Shown: positions 43,253 through 58,744, counted from the first letter of the stretch. The stretch is DNA of 64,000 nt from Chrysomallon squamiferum (GCA_012295275.1 CM022673.1:27776001-27840000); one strand, 5' to 3'. The notes: generated from the sequence alone by a model not told the origin. Numbers and translations are program-made.

Positions 43253-45380
43253 AATGCATTTCTTTCTTATCTTTCCTTATATGAACCCTCTGATCGACCA
43301 AAAAACAAAGAAACAGATGAAAACAAAGTTTGTTTTATTATTATTTTATTGTCGGTGATGTATTTTTAATTTGAATTTTACAAAAATAAGAATAAATAAA
43401 TAAATAAATAACTGAAAGAAACAAAAAAATAAAAAACAAAAGAGATACAAATAAACAAGTAAATCAATAAATAAATAAATCAATCAATCAATAAATAAAT
43501 ATGTAAGTAAAAATACCACAGAACATTTAGTAGTAAACTGGAACCTTTGGTTTTAAATATTATCGAAATCATCTAAACATTATATCGTTAATATCATACA
43601 GCAAACTGAAAATTAATTTATAAATACACGACTTGAGTAGGGCAGGAGGAAAGGTCGCAGTGTGTTTGTGTAAACACATTTCACATAGAGACAAATATCA
43701 AACATCTACTACTCCATGAGATGATCATTTTTAGCTTTTATAAATTTTAAACACTTAAATATTGCAAGGTTACATCAATGCAGACAGAACTAGTGAAAAA
43801 GGATTACGTAAGAGTGGAAAGGATTTGGCTCCAGAAAACTGTTACCGTTGCCAAGCCTCTCAGCGACTTCCTCTTGATTTTCCAGGCTTTTAAAAAGAAA
43901 CCATTACAAACTATACCTGCAGGTGTTCATTGTAAACAAAGCAACAAATTAGGATTTGATCTGGATTTAAATTTATTTCAAAGAGTAATAAATTACAATC
44001 ATTTTTATTTGAAATTAGCTGAAGTAATTGCTTCTGTTCAACCGGAGACATAGATACCAGAAAATAACCATTACTTTATATATGCAGTGTGATCATTTAT
44101 CTTCATTATCATTTGCTAGCAATATCTACTTTTTCCTTTTTTTTTTTTTTTTTTTTTTTTTTTTCAAACTTTTCCTTTATTAGCTTCAGATATATTAATA
44201 TTTAAGTATTTGATACTACTGAAATGAGAACGTGTTTGTTTTAATTTATGAAGCTGATTATAACACGTACATTCCAAGTAATAATAAGGATTATAAAAGT
44301 TCTTTCTATATGGAAGAAGAACGTAAAGAAATTTGTAAAAGAAATATGAATAATTAAAGTAATATGTAGTATATCAATAAAAAAAAAAAAAAAAAAAGAT
44401 ATTTCATAACTGTTCTTTTTTGTTGTTACTCTTCTTTATTCTTTAAGCTTGGACAGCAGAATAAATAAAATAATTAAAATATAAACGGGTGAAATTAAAA
44501 AATTGTCGTTAAGCAGTGTGTTGCTTTTTTCTTATTTATCTAAGCCTTTTCCAGACATTAAAACTTAAACCAGATCTTTGCTAAACTAGATGTCGAGCGT
44601 TGGTAGGAACTGGAAATAACCAGTGAACAGTACGGAACTTCGATCTATCTGCCTGTATAAAATTATGCTTATATTATGGGCTGAGCTTGTGAACTATGTT
44701 GTGGAGGTTTTGGAATAAACTTAATTTTTGCATATATTCTAGATATATTAAGAGCTCAAGCAAAAAATTAAATAAAAAATAGAAAACAAATCGTAAAAAA
44801 GTTGAAAGAAACTGTTGTTCTGGACATAGTTTATTTGGGTGTCGTTAACCAGCGGAGAAAGAAAACAAACTAAAAAAAATGACAACATACTTTTTACTGT
44901 CACATAATTTTCATACATGTAGTTGGTTTCCACAAATCATTATTACCAAAACGATATAGCTGTTTAATATTCCTTTGATATCAGTTAACTGTGTTTAAAA
45001 CTCAGTAACTGTGTAACACACCGGCCAAACAATTGCTAGTTTAACTATTTCTAAGTCTGCAAACAATTTTATACAACATTTCGATCTGTGTAAACTTTAT
45101 TAAAGTGTTGAACACAGCTCTAAATAAAAGAGAAAAAGGATGAAGGTTAAAAACCTCTGTAATTAAAATATATATCCACAAGTAAGCATACACATATGCA
45201 CATTCAGCCTTGTGTGAAATATATATATATAAAAAAACATGGAACTTTTAATATATAAATACTGTTACCCTCTTTACAAAGGCCATGCATTAAATAAAAG
45301 AATAATGAAATTATTTATTGATCACATGTATTTCTAATTAAACAATATCAGAATTTTTAATTTGAACCAAGGCACACAAA

Positions 45381-45414
<34 letters not shown>

Positions 45415-46870
45415 GGGAAAAGTAGTTATTTCCTGTAACAAACTTTTCAAATAATTAGTCTAAAATTTAAGATGTCTATATTTTTTTATATTTTTTTTTC
45501 TGTAGTTTATATTGGGTGAATGGGTTTAAATTAAATAGAGATTTTATATTTATTATTCTTATATGTTTGTTGATAATGTAAAACAACAAAAATGAAGTAT
45601 AATAGCTTGAAACGTCTTTTATTTAAAGTTTATTTTTTTGTTTTCTGTGATCTGCTAGTTTTCAGTTTTCTTAAAATTAAAGAAGAAAATAAGGATGTCA
45701 CAAATTGAATTAGTTTGAAATTGATTTTTTTTTTCAGTCTAATAAATTTAAATACAATAAAGCTTTATACACTGAAAAAGCCAAACAGTGGACTTGAAAA
45801 TCCAGCAGACAATATACGACACACTCCAATGGCTGACGTTACAAACAAAAAAACAGAAATCTTCATGAATAGAAATGACTTTTAGTAAAAGAATACAGTT
45901 ACCTGTGATTTTATTTGGTTTCTGTGCGCTTGCCTTTAGTGGTTTAAACAAACTGCACAAATCAATATATATATATATATATATATATATTGTGTACTTT
46001 AAAGCTTTTATTAGAAATGGTGCTTTATATATAGTATATATTTAAATCGTCATCACCCACGCCTATACATACACACACATATAAATCTATAATATTTCAT
46101 TTCTTGGAACAGGAATAAAAAGATCCTTGAAGGGTGATAGCTTCAACAAATATGACAATAATTTACTTTTGTTTGTTTGCCTATATTAATATAATTATGC
46201 CATAACTATCTAGTTGTCTTTGTTTTTTTTTTTTTCATAATGTTGATGATATATTTATGATATGATATGATGTATATTATTTTATTGTCATACTTTATAA
46301 TTAGCAAAGGTTTATGTCGTCTGTCTGTGTGTGTGTGTTTGTGTGTGTGTGTCATATTGTTCGTAAAAGTGCACTTTAAAAGTTATGTACATAAAACGAT
46401 TTCAGATACCTGGATGAAAAGGTTCACTTTAAAATTTTAAGTTTGTACTTTTTACTGACTAACATAGTTTATACAATATTAAAATTATTATGGTGTATAT
46501 TAAAAATTAAAAGAATTAACAAATCGACAGATATTTGCACTTAGCTTCATTTTCAGGTCTATCAGTTATAATTGCATTATTATTATTATAAATTTTAATG
46601 TTGTTATTGTATTATTCATTACAAAGATATATACACCACATCTGCATTTATTAAATACCACTGTATTATAAAACAAAAAGCCAATCATAAATGATAACTG
46701 TACCAGAATTTTAAGTTTGTTTCATTAGATTATTCATTGGTAACACTTTATTATTATATCTCCTTTGAAAATCATTAATTCCATCATATTACTACGATCA
46801 GCAAATTTAAAAAACAAAACAATCCAATGTTTTAATTAATTATTTTGTGAAAAACTGTCACTTGTCGTAT

Positions 46871-47800
46871 TTACTTAATAACGTAATAAGACAGACGTAA
46901 GCTGAGTGTTTACTTAATAACGCGTAGTAAGACAGACGTAAGCTGGGTGTTTACTTAATAACGCGTAGTAAGACAGACGTAAGTTGGGTGTTTACTTAAT
47001 AACGTGTAATAAGACAGACGTAAGCTGGGTGTTTACTTAATAACGTGTAATAAGACAGACGTAAGCTGGGTGTTTACTTAATAACGTATATGCTGGGTGT
47101 TTACTTAAAGACAGACAGACGTAAGCTGGGTGTTTACTTAATAACGTGTAATAAGACAGACGTAAGCTGGGTGTTTACTTAAACCTGATGTAATAAGACA
47201 GACGTAAGCTGGGTGTTTACTTAATAACGCGTAGTAAGACAGACGTAAGCTGGGTGTTTACTTAATAACGTGTAGTAAGACAGACGTAAGCTGGGTGTTT
47301 ACTTAAACTTGATGTAATAAGACAGACGTAAGCTGGGTGTTTACTTAAACCTTTACTTACAATAACTGGGTGCGTAATAAGACAGACGTAAGACTGGGTG
47401 TTTACTTAATAACGTAATAAGACAGACGTAAGCTGGGTGTAATAACGCGTAGTAAGACAGACGTAAGCTGGGTGTTTACTTAAACTTGATGTAATAAGAC
47501 AGACGTAAGCTGGGTGTTTACTTAAACCTTAATAACGCGTAATGTTTACTTAATAACGCGTAATAAGACAGACGTAAGCTGGGTGTTTACTTAATAACGT
47601 AATAAGACAGACGTAAGCTGGGTGTTTACTTAATAACGCGTAATAAGACAGACGTAAGCTGGGTGTTTACTTAAACCTGATGTAATAAGACAGACGTAAG
47701 CTGGGTGTTTACTTAAACCTGATGTAATAAGACAGACGTAAGCTGGGTGTTTACTTAAACCTGATGTAATAAGACAGACGTAAGCTGGGTGTTTACTTAA
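46871..47800 (-). repeat. Same minisatellite (~22 units of 41/42 bp) after the copy B stop codon
   Basis: Reverse complement of the 41-bp unit, interspersed with 42-bp variants containing catcaggtttaag. Confidence 0.95.
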
Positions 47801-48211
47801 ACCTGATGGCAACGGTCACAGCTATGCCCAGCAGTGGAAACGTAAAATCTGCTTTTGATTTGCTGTTGCTGTTGTCGTTGTTGTCTACCTGAATGCTGGC
47901 ATCTAAGACGGAAAGAGAAAGAAAAAGCATTCTCAGAACATAAACTTAAAACACAAAATTCATCTGTTAAAAATCATGCACACTATTATTTGATTGCATG
48001 CGTTTACATTTATTATTTTTATATTATTTATTTTCATATTACTATTTTCTTTTCTTTTTTAGTGTAGAATAATCAATTATCTATGTACGTTCCTATGATC
48101 ATCAATAGGATCTGTTGTTTTGAGAGATAATATTTACACTGTATTCATAATCAGTTTATTTTTACGTTTATTTTGAAAATATAAAATTTATTTTATCATT
48201 TATTTACAAAA

Positions 48212-48291
<80 letters not shown>

Positions 48292-49518
48292 TTTTAAACT
48301 ATCACACACACATATAATTTCAGCAAAAATCAGTTTTGCTATTTAAGTCATAACTCATTTCCATTACTGATTATTATTATTCCAGCGTTTTGATTTATCG
48401 ATACTTACATGGACAAAATTTACATTTGTTAGGACAGTCAAATCCTATTTTATCGCATGGTTCACCGCTAAGAGCAGTCTCACAATCAGCACGGTCATTT
48501 TTTACTTTACTGCAGTCCACTGTCAAGAAAGTAACAACGACCACTAGTTACATAGATAATAAAATACACAGATTATAAAAACTAATGATACTGTAATAAT
48601 AGCTACAAACTTTCCAGGATTAATGTTATTCAAATGGCATGTTTAATATAGACGTTTGTAATAGACATACTAAAACGAAAACTATTTTATGATCAGTTTT
48701 TGGAAGTGTGCAAACATTTATTTGAAACGTCACCAAAGCGTATTTATTACACTTTTTTCGAAAATGAATTGAAATTTAAAAATTACCTTACAGTGAGTGC
48801 TATCTCAAAAAAATAAAGAAAATAAATAAAAAATAAAAATAAAGTCCTTATGTCTTAAATAAATTTGGAAACTTCCTACTGAAAGTGAACGTTGGTTTGA
48901 TATTCTAAGAAAAAATAGAAATATCATATTTGTACTCTTGACAAAATTGGAGATGAATATTATTATATATTTAAATGTAAAGAACTCGTATTATTACATG
49001 CGGGAAAAGATGTACCATATAAATAATATACGAGACATCCAAATATATTTTCTTATAATAATTAATTTAATAGCAAACATTTGCTCAGAATAAAAAAAAA
49101 CGTTATGTCTGTTAATCACAAAAATGTGAGACAGACTTAGTCCTCCATTTTAATTTTCTAATTATATAGATGTAATACATTATTTTCTATACCGTAAACC
49201 TACAGTTAATTATAAAACATTTATAGTCATTGTTAAAACTGTTGTCTTAAAAATGTAGACCACTGTTTGGTGTTACTTTTATTTTATCTTTATTATTATT
49301 ATTATAAATATTTTTCTTTATAATTATAATACAATAAAACAGTATTTGAGTATATTGTTTAATGAGAAGCTAATAATGTATAAGATATTTTTGTCAGGAA
49401 ATTTAATATTAGTACTGAAATTTATAGAAAGATGACATATTATTATTATTATTATTTTTATTATTATTATTGTTATTAAAGAATAGAAATAAAAATGTAC
49501 CAGATTGTTAAAAATTAG

Positions 49519-49584
<66 letters not shown>

Positions 49585-50355
49585 TAATAAATTAATTAAT
49601 TAATAAATTAATTAATTAATTAAAATAGAATAATAACAAAATGAAAAACGTACATGAACAGTTTTCAAAAACATAAAATGGCAGATTTTTCCGGCATGCA
49701 CAACTGCAAGAAGAGAGATTCAGTGTCCCACCATTTAAACAGGTCAGTCCACAATCTAAAACAAAAAATTAAAAATAGATAAATAATAAATAAAATAAAA
49801 TAGGATCATTATCATCATTAATTAGTATTAATATTTCGCTTATTATTTTTATTTATTTAAACATAGAATTGCACTATAGTTTGATTACAATGTCTCTGAA
49901 ATATTTTAAATATGACTTCAGCAATTCTTGAATGAGCTGTTGAGTTCATCTTATGAAATAAACAGATAATAATTTTAGTTAATTAGTATTGAATATTAGA
50001 TATTTGATACTTTTTTTTTTGCAAAAGATTTCGAAAAAATACCAACAAACATACAAAACAAAAAATAGACGATTTTTTTCATCACTAGTACTTTAGCAAG
50101 AATATGAGATGTGATCACGGAAATTGATGTAGGATTGCTGAATCCAAAACGGTCATCTTTACTTCTGAAGAGTCGAGATTTTTACTATCAGTTTTTTAAT
50201 ATCGCATTAGATAATACACCGTCCTGGAAACAGGACTAATTTCATTTGGAAAACAGTGCATTTATGATATATCGACTCATATCAGAAGCTCTTTTTTAAA
50301 AACAAATAAACAAACAAACAACAACATAAAACCAGAGAACAACAACAACAACAAC

Positions 50356-50396
<41 letters not shown>

Positions 50397-51652
50397 CATA
50401 AATTCATAAAAAATTAAATCTGATAGTGCAGAAGACAAAATTTTAAAATTTTAAAATTCCTTTTTATTTAATAATGAAGTCACCGTTTCTTTATTGATGA
50501 GTCTTTACTACTCACCACATAGCCATCCTCCAACACAATTTTTGCACTTGCTGCAAGGTGCTCCTGGTGTGTACGGCTTGTTGTAATCTAGGTTTCCACT
50601 GCAAGTAAATAAATAAATTCATTAATTAAAATGACATAAAACAGGAAAGCAACGATATAATTTTCACAATAATTATTTATTTCATTTTATTTTATTGTAT
50701 TTTTAAATCATTGTAAAATACTTATTTAAAATTTGCATTCACACTGCATTAACGTTATCCTAAGGCACCACCCAGCATAAATGTTAAGTAAAACAGTCTT
50801 ATACTGAAAACAATCTTTTAACAAATTCTTCTTCTTCTTCTTCTTCTTCTTTTTTTTTTCTTCTTCTTCTTCTTCTTCTCTGTTATCTCTTCTTCTCCTT
50901 CTTCTTCTTCTTCTTCTTCTTCATATTATTATTATTATTAAATATGATACTGAATATTCCTGTGGTCTTCGTCTCTGATAATCACTGTAGGTTAACAGTA
51001 ACAATAACAATAACAACAATAAATAAATAAATAAATAAATAAACAAACAAATAAATAAATAAATAAACAAATAAATAAAACATACGCTGGTCCATAATTG
51101 CACACATGGAAGTTCTGTGAACACTTTGCAAAACCACATCCAATTTTATTTGTTTCAGCCGAGACCATCTGAAATGTGTAGATCATTTGTACATAATAAT
51201 TATCATTTTATATAACTTTATGTTTATTATTGTTATTTTTGTATTAGTAAATACGTATTTGTATATAATTTTATTTCATTTACCTTGTAAGATGACATTT
51301 TTATGCTTTTATATATATTTATTTATTTATATATATAAAAATAATAATTTCTGTTGATACTTACTGCCGAATAATGTTGTATTTTTTAAAATCGTTAGGT
51401 TTATCAAACATGAAATCGTATTTCTCATTGTTCCAATTGTGTATGACCGTTTTCCAGTTCATCGCATTCACGGCTATGTTTTGTCCAACCAGGAATTTCC
51501 CTGAAAAATAAACGCTAACCATTTTAACAGATTTTATTTGGCTATTTCACAGCATAACCAGTAAATACATACAATAATCTTTCTGTCATAATGGCTTGAG
51601 TCTGAATGGAAAAGCATCCGAATGTTGTTGTTGTTCTTCTTCTTCTTCTTTT

Positions 51653-51691
<39 letters not shown>

Positions 51692-52063
51692 TCTTCTTGT
51701 CCGAAGCCAGAATGCTTTGCATTTTATTACTTCTATAAATATATTACCTGGAATCATTCTTTGGGTTATTACATCATGCTTCATAGAACAGGAGTCTGCC
51801 CATCTTTGAGCTATCATTGCAAGTTCAGCATCCCACGTCTTTTTAAATAAAATAAATAAATAATATTAACAATGATGATGATAATAATAATATATATAAT
51901 AATAATAATAATAAAAATACTGCTGCTACTACAACGAATACTACTAATGATGATGATGATGATGATGATGATGATATTACATATAATAATAACCAGAACA
52001 CTACCACTACAGCTATTATTATGTTAATGTTAATGATGCTATGATGATGATCATAATAATACA

Positions 52064-52151
<88 letters not shown>

Positions 52152-52937
52152 ACAACAACAATAGTACTAATACTACTATTAATAATGATGATGACGATGA
52201 TAATTTAAATTATTATTTTATCTAGTGACATTTAATAATTTCTTATAAATATATATTATCAGCTATTACGTTGGTAAAACAACAACAGTAGTAACAGTAA
52301 TAATAATAGCAGTGGTAGCAGTAGTAGTAACAGTAGTAGGAGTAATAGTGTGGCAGTAGTAATAGTAGTAGTTGGAGTAGTAAATGGAAGTAGAAGTAGT
52401 ATCAGCAGCAGCAGTAGTAGTAGTAGTAGCAAGAGTAGTAGCATTAGTAGTAAATATTCGTTTTTGAAAAAGAAATACATTCAGAATAACACACCATGCA
52501 GATATTTTTATATTTTAAAACTAATTAGCAACAACAACAACAACAACAACAACAATAGCAGCTGATGTAGTAACTGTTGTGTAGCGCTATAAACATTTTT
52601 AAAACGAAAAACAATGCTATAGAAAGCACAGCGTTATATCTTGATGACTTACCATTTGTAACATATTGGAAGAGCTTGGACCCACTTTTGATCGAATTTC
52701 ATTGTGTCTTCTTACAATCAGATCAATGTCACTTTGAGGTAATGTTTCTATATATTTAAATAAATAAATAAATACAAGAAAGAAAGAAGGAAAGAAACAG
52801 AAGAAGAAAGAAAAAAGAAAGAAAAGATAGGACAATAATGAAAAAAGTAAAACAGAAAATAAACTTTTCCATCAGCATTTTAAAAGCTTTGATTTTCATA
52901 ATAATAATTCTAGTCAATTACATTTATACCAATCGAA

Positions 52938-52968
<31 letters not shown>

Positions 52969-53123
52969 AAAAAAAAAAAAAAATAAAAAAATAAAATAGA
53001 TTCGCAGTCGTTCTCCCAAAAATCATTTGCGGTTTATTTATATCAGTAAAATTTATCACTTTTTGGACATTATCGTAAAGTTACAATGCTAAATGAACTT
53101 TAGATACATGTATGTATATAAAC

Positions 53124-53154
<31 letters not shown>

Positions 53155-53276
53155 TCATTGAAACAGCATAGCTGCAATGAAAATATATAGACAGCAAAAT
53201 ACTAGTAGTAATAGTAGCAGTAGTAGTAGTTATATAGTCAGAAGAAGAGGAAGAAAAATTTGAATTATTATTATTA

Positions 53277-53311
<35 letters not shown>

Positions 53312-54577
53312 ATTTATGGTATGAAAGAGGATAGCATCTATCAAAACAAATTTTACAAATAGGATTAAGCAGTGACGTAAGCTACAAACAGAAACGAAGC
53401 AAAATCTAAATCCATTGTGTGACGTCATTTCATTTGAATGAAAGTAGCTTGACGACAGTAATAATTGTCATTTGAATTTCAGACGCCGATGTGGAAACAC
53501 GTCTGTCTTCAACAGCTGCAGTTAAAATTCTAAATGTCTGTGCCTCTTGTTAGAGATAAACAAACAATTACCAAAGAAACGACACTGATTGTTGCTTAAA
53601 GAATGGAATTTGTAAAAGAACTGTACAAAATCAGTGGCTGAAGATAATCGTTACAGACAGGTAAACACCAATCAACATCAAAGAACTCTGAAAAAACGCG
53701 TTCACGCAGAAGTAAGATGGAGGACAGTCTGCAGTGCGAACAGATCTGCTCAGTCACCAGTGAAACCAGAAACGTGGAAACAAGGAAGGACGCTGAAGAT
53801 TTAACTGATCTGCTGAGAGAGACTCGAGTTCTGGATGGATCAGCCATAGCAACCAGAATCTGATGCACGACAGAAAGCGCGCTGAACGATCTGTTGAAGA
53901 TCTTGTCTTGAACAATGGCATGCAGAGGGGTTTGTGGCATCCAATCAGAGAAAATAAATTTAATAAATTTGGTTGTTTTATAAGTAGATCGAATGAAGTG
54001 TTTGATTGATGTTTCATCTCTGTTTACATATTCAACATACCTTCCTCTCTCATAATATTTCTCAGTGCTAGGCATTAGACTTGAATCTTTGGGGCATAAA
54101 ATGAAAGAGTTGGCCCCGGGCATCACCAGACCTCTGCACGCCACTAGTTTGTATGTGCTTATATACAGACTCACACACGCGCACGCACACACAGACACAC
54201 AGAGACATGAAAACATACATACACATATACATCTAGAAAACATGTACACTCGCACACTCAAAACACAGCTTGATCCAGATCTGGGCGAAACAGCGAAGAT
54301 GTAAGGAGGAAGGTGGAGTGTAAGTGGGGATAGCTTAGAGTGAAAACGGAAATAATAATACAAGAAACAATCTGTATGTTAACACTAATATTAAATATTA
54401 AAAATGAGAACCTACCGGACTTGTCAGATAAGCATGCTGAATGACCGTCGATGACTTTAAATTTCTCAGCGCAGGATGATATCTGTGATTCCCATACAGA
54501 AAGGAGAAAAAAAGGTTTTAGATTCATACAGTACGGTAATTGCTATGAATCTAAAAGAAAATCTGATACACAGTTTG

Positions 54578-54667
<90 letters not shown>

Positions 54668-55257
54668 TTATTACAGTTATTTTGTAAGTATCTATTCAAA
54701 CCGAACGACACATTACCTGCGTACCGCAGACGGGGAAGAAGTTTAAACCAAATGAGCCTACAAATAAATAAATAAATAAATAACTATATAAGTAACTAAG
54801 TAAATATATAAATAAGTGACTAAATAAATAAGTAAATAAATAAATAGTAAATAAATAAATAAGTAAATAAGTTAGTAAGTAAATGAATAAGTAACTAAAT
54901 AAGTAAATAAGTAAGTAAGTAAATATATAACAGTAGTTGATTATCTCAGTAAATATAACGCGTAGATAACAGACAGTCAAAGTGTGTGGGTCTGTGTTTA
55001 GAATTTCATCAACGAGATTTTATATTTAGTCAGTGCAAGATCGACCCAAAACATTGCTCCACCCCTTAAATTAAATAAAATATAAAACTGTAAGCTGTGT
55101 TAAAAAGTGTAAGAAATACTTAGAAACAGATTTTTTTCTTTTGATCTTTATTTCTTTTTTTACGTGCAAATTTGAAGAGTTAAAAAATATATTATAAAAC
55201 ATGCGGGAAGAATCATTCAGAGAAAAGAGACAGATTCTACCCACGCACATACAAGAT

Positions 55258-55341
<84 letters not shown>

Positions 55342-55409
55342 TTTCCTATTTTATAATATTTAACAAACTTACCAAGAAAGAAAACTATCTGTAATGTAGA
55401 CAAAAACAT
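47793..55409 (-). pseudogene. CAP protein copy B, complete 11-exon structure with a 1-nt frameshift in exon 6 (recent pseudogene or homopolymer assembly error); exons 55409-55373, 54757-54717, 54482-54416, 52747-52653, 51838-51748, 51500-51365, 51168-51086, 50598-50516, 49755-49654, 48519-48409, 47902-47793
   Basis: All splice sites are intact, but the exon total is 956 nt (not a multiple of 3). Exon 6 is 136 nt vs 137 in A, and the difference lies in the T6 run at 51382-51387. MVW is also changed to MVS in exon 7. Gene identity is secure; pseudogene status is not. Confidence 0.75.
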
Positions 55410-55513
55410 GGTGAACAGTCTTGAGACAAATTGTTCACGTTATAGGCTTTTCTGTTTTAACGAGCACGTTATGTGACTAAATCAGTTTAAAGTTCAGTGG
55501 CTGTGCTTTGGGG

Positions 55514-55594
55514 TTATATATGGTAATGTCTGAGTACGTCGCATTCGCTGACAACGCTGCGATTGGTGCAAATGTATCTGGGAGTGCACCAATC
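55514..55594 (-). promoter_or_regulatory. Core promoter of CAP copy B (TATA box and perfect inverted CCAAT pair)
   Basis: ttatata at 55514-55520; gattggtgca (55561-55570) and tgcaccaatc (55585-55594) are exact reverse complements. Confidence 0.6.
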
Positions 55595-58500
55595 ATTTTT
55601 GAGATACGTGAGCTGAAGATAACAAAAATAATACAGCTGGAGCCAAGATGAATTCTCAGTGTGATAGTGAATGACACGACAGTCCCAGCTCAGAATTTCC
55701 CCTTTGACCCTTGCCTGTGTGCTTCTTATTATCAGTTTCCTCAAATAATATCTTATTGACGCATTTCTTTCTTTTCTTTCCTTATATGAGCGCTGTGTTT
55801 CGACTGCACTTAATTAAGTCTTACAGTCGCCAGTGATTATTTATGTAGTAAACATTTTTTCGTGTACTTCTTTAGGGGACATTTTTATCAAAGAGAGAAA
55901 TCGTAATTTTTGTTCTCCCTATATTAGTCTGTGCACAGACACACACTCACACATACACACACAACACACACACAGTGAAAAAGAGTAATCGCCTTCAACA
56001 AAACGTTTGAATTGGATCCTAGAAATGACAGTATTAGTACGTTCGGTGGCTTACTTCGGTAGAAATTTTTATGTTTATTCATAAATATTAATGTTGTTAT
56101 TCATTTTTGGGGGGATTTTAAAAAATCTTTTATTATTATTTTATTGTCGTGTTGTATTTATGATTTTAATTTTACAAAAACATGAATAAATAAATAAAAG
56201 ATAAATAAATAACTGAAAGAAACAAAAACGAAAAAAAAAAAAAAAAAAACTACAGACAATCAAACAAACAAAAAAATACCAAATAGATAAACAGATAAAT
56301 ACATAAATCAATAAATAAATAAATAAATATGTAAATAAAAATACCACAGAATATTTAGTAGTAAACTGGAACTTTTGGTTTTAAATATTATCGAAATCAT
56401 CGAAACATTATATTACAATCATTTTTATTTGAAATTAGGTGAAGTAATTGCTTTTGTTTACCACAGAATAGATGCGAGACAATAACGATCACCTGAAATA
56501 TGCAGTGTGTGCATTTATGTTCATTATCATTTGCTAGCAATATCTACTTTTTTCTTTTTTTTTTTTTTAACATTTTCTTTTATTACTTTTAAGTTTATTA
56601 ATATTTAACTCTTTGATATTCTGAAATGAGAACACCTTCGTTAAAATTTATGAAGCTGATTGTAACACATACTTTCCATGTGATAATAAGGATTATAAAA
56701 GTTCTTGCTGTATGAAAGAAATATGAGTAATTCAAGTAATTATGTAGTATGAAACCAATAAGAAAAACAGAAAGAAAAATGATAACGTGACAACTTCAGA
56801 TAAATGGTGGCTCCCAAATATTTCATGACTGTTCTTTTTTGTTGTTACGTTTCTTTATTCCTTAAGATTGGACAGCAGAATGAATAAAATAAATAAAATA
56901 TAAACGGGTGAAATTGAAAAAAAAAAATGTTTTTCTAATTTATAAATACACCTTTTCCACACATTAAAACATAAACCAGATAAACTAGATGTGGGTGGGG
57001 CACTAACAGGAACTGGAAATAACCGTTAACAGTACGGAATCCCGATCTATCTGTCTGTATAAAATTACGCTTATATTATGGCCTGAGCTAGCGAGCTATA
57101 TTGTCGATTTTAGAATATTGGAAGTTTTGGAACAAATTTAATTTCTGCGTATTTTCCAGAAATATTAAGAGCAATAAAAAAAAGAAGTAAAAATAAACAA
57201 AGATGAAAGAAACTGTTATTCTGGACATAGTTTATTTAACCAGCGGAGAAAGAAAACAAACGAAAACAAATTACCACATATTTTCACTGTCACATAATTT
57301 TCATATATGTAGTTGGTTTCCATAAATCAGTGTTACCAAAAGCGATAAACTGTTTCATGCCAGTTAACTGTGTTTAAAACTCAGTAACTGTGTTCTTTTT
57401 ACTCCATTTTATTTTTTATTTTTATTTTTTTAAAAACCCAGATTATAATCCAATATTAACATCAAAATTATCACAGTACAGAAGAAAAATAATTCTGCAG
57501 TAGTTTCTTTATAACATTAGGGTTTGTACCATTTATTCATGCCTGTTCACCATATACAACTGCAATAATGGATTAAAAATCTACATAAAACTATATGAAA
57601 AAAAACTAACTGAAATGAAATTGTTGCAGAATAAAAAGCATTTAAAAGTGACAGAAAGGAATGATTGAAGAAATGTCAACATTAATATCCAATTTGAAAC
57701 AAAAACAAGTTGATGATAAAAAATATATTTAAGGAAAACTAATTATTTCCTGTAACAGTTCAAATAATTAGTCTAAACGTTGTTTAAGATTTCTGTTTTT
57801 TTTTTTTTTTATTACTTTTGGGGGGTGGTTTTCAGTTTATATTTGGGTGAATGGGTTAAAATTAAATAGAAATTATAGGCAAACAAATTCATTATATTCT
57901 TCCTTCTACAAATATTACCTATTTGAAAAGGTATATTACCTATGTATTTTTAATTTAAAAAAGTAATATAATGATGTATTAAGTAAGAAAATTAACACTA
58001 CTCTTTAAAATATAATTTCTTTTAAAAAATAAAAATAAGAAAAGAAATGTCATAATTTTAAATATCTACAAAAATAGTATTTAATTCAACTTACGTGCTA
58101 TTCAAACAGTCATATTATAAACTAACTAAAACAATATATATATATATATATACACACACATATATAGTATGAAACCAGATACATAAATTTAAAAATATAT
58201 ACAATATAGGTTTATACAAAGACATGTATGAACACACAAACACATTCACTTCAATTAATACATTATTGATTTTTGTTTTGATGAAAATATTTATGAACTC
58301 TACTTTCGTCTGAGTTCAAACTAGTGTATACATTATATAGTTGATAATTCAATACTATTTATGTACACCTGCTAACAAATATTACGTTAAATAAATAAAA
58401 AAAAAAAAAAAAATTGGAAATAAATGCAACTAACAGTCACCAGACTGGTTTTTCTTATTACTTTTTTGTTTTTGTCAGTTTATATTGGGTGAATGGGTTA

Positions 58501-58744
58501 AAATTAATTAGAAATTTTATATTTATATTCTTATATGTTTGTTGATAATGAAAAACAACAAAATGAAGTATAATAGCTTGAAATAATTGTTTTATTTTAA
58601 GTTTATTTTCTTGTTTTCTCTGATTTACTTGTTTTCAGTTTTCTTACATTTAAAGAAGAAAAAAAATAAAAAATAAAAAAAATAATTAAATTAAAAAAAA
58701 AACACCTTCAAGAATATAACAAAATGAGAAAAAAAAAATAACCT

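Noticed and set aside
47630-47812. 60-aa repeat-peptide ORF MPSGLSKHPAYVCLIT...
   Set aside because: An alternative-frame product of 42-bp minisatellite units, with no independent promoter or splice support.
53596-54363. 255-aa ORF, the longest in the track, as a real gene
   Set aside because: It starts in a (TG)-rich low-complexity stretch, has no recognisable domain, and the frame is broken in the paralogous copy (32861-33435).
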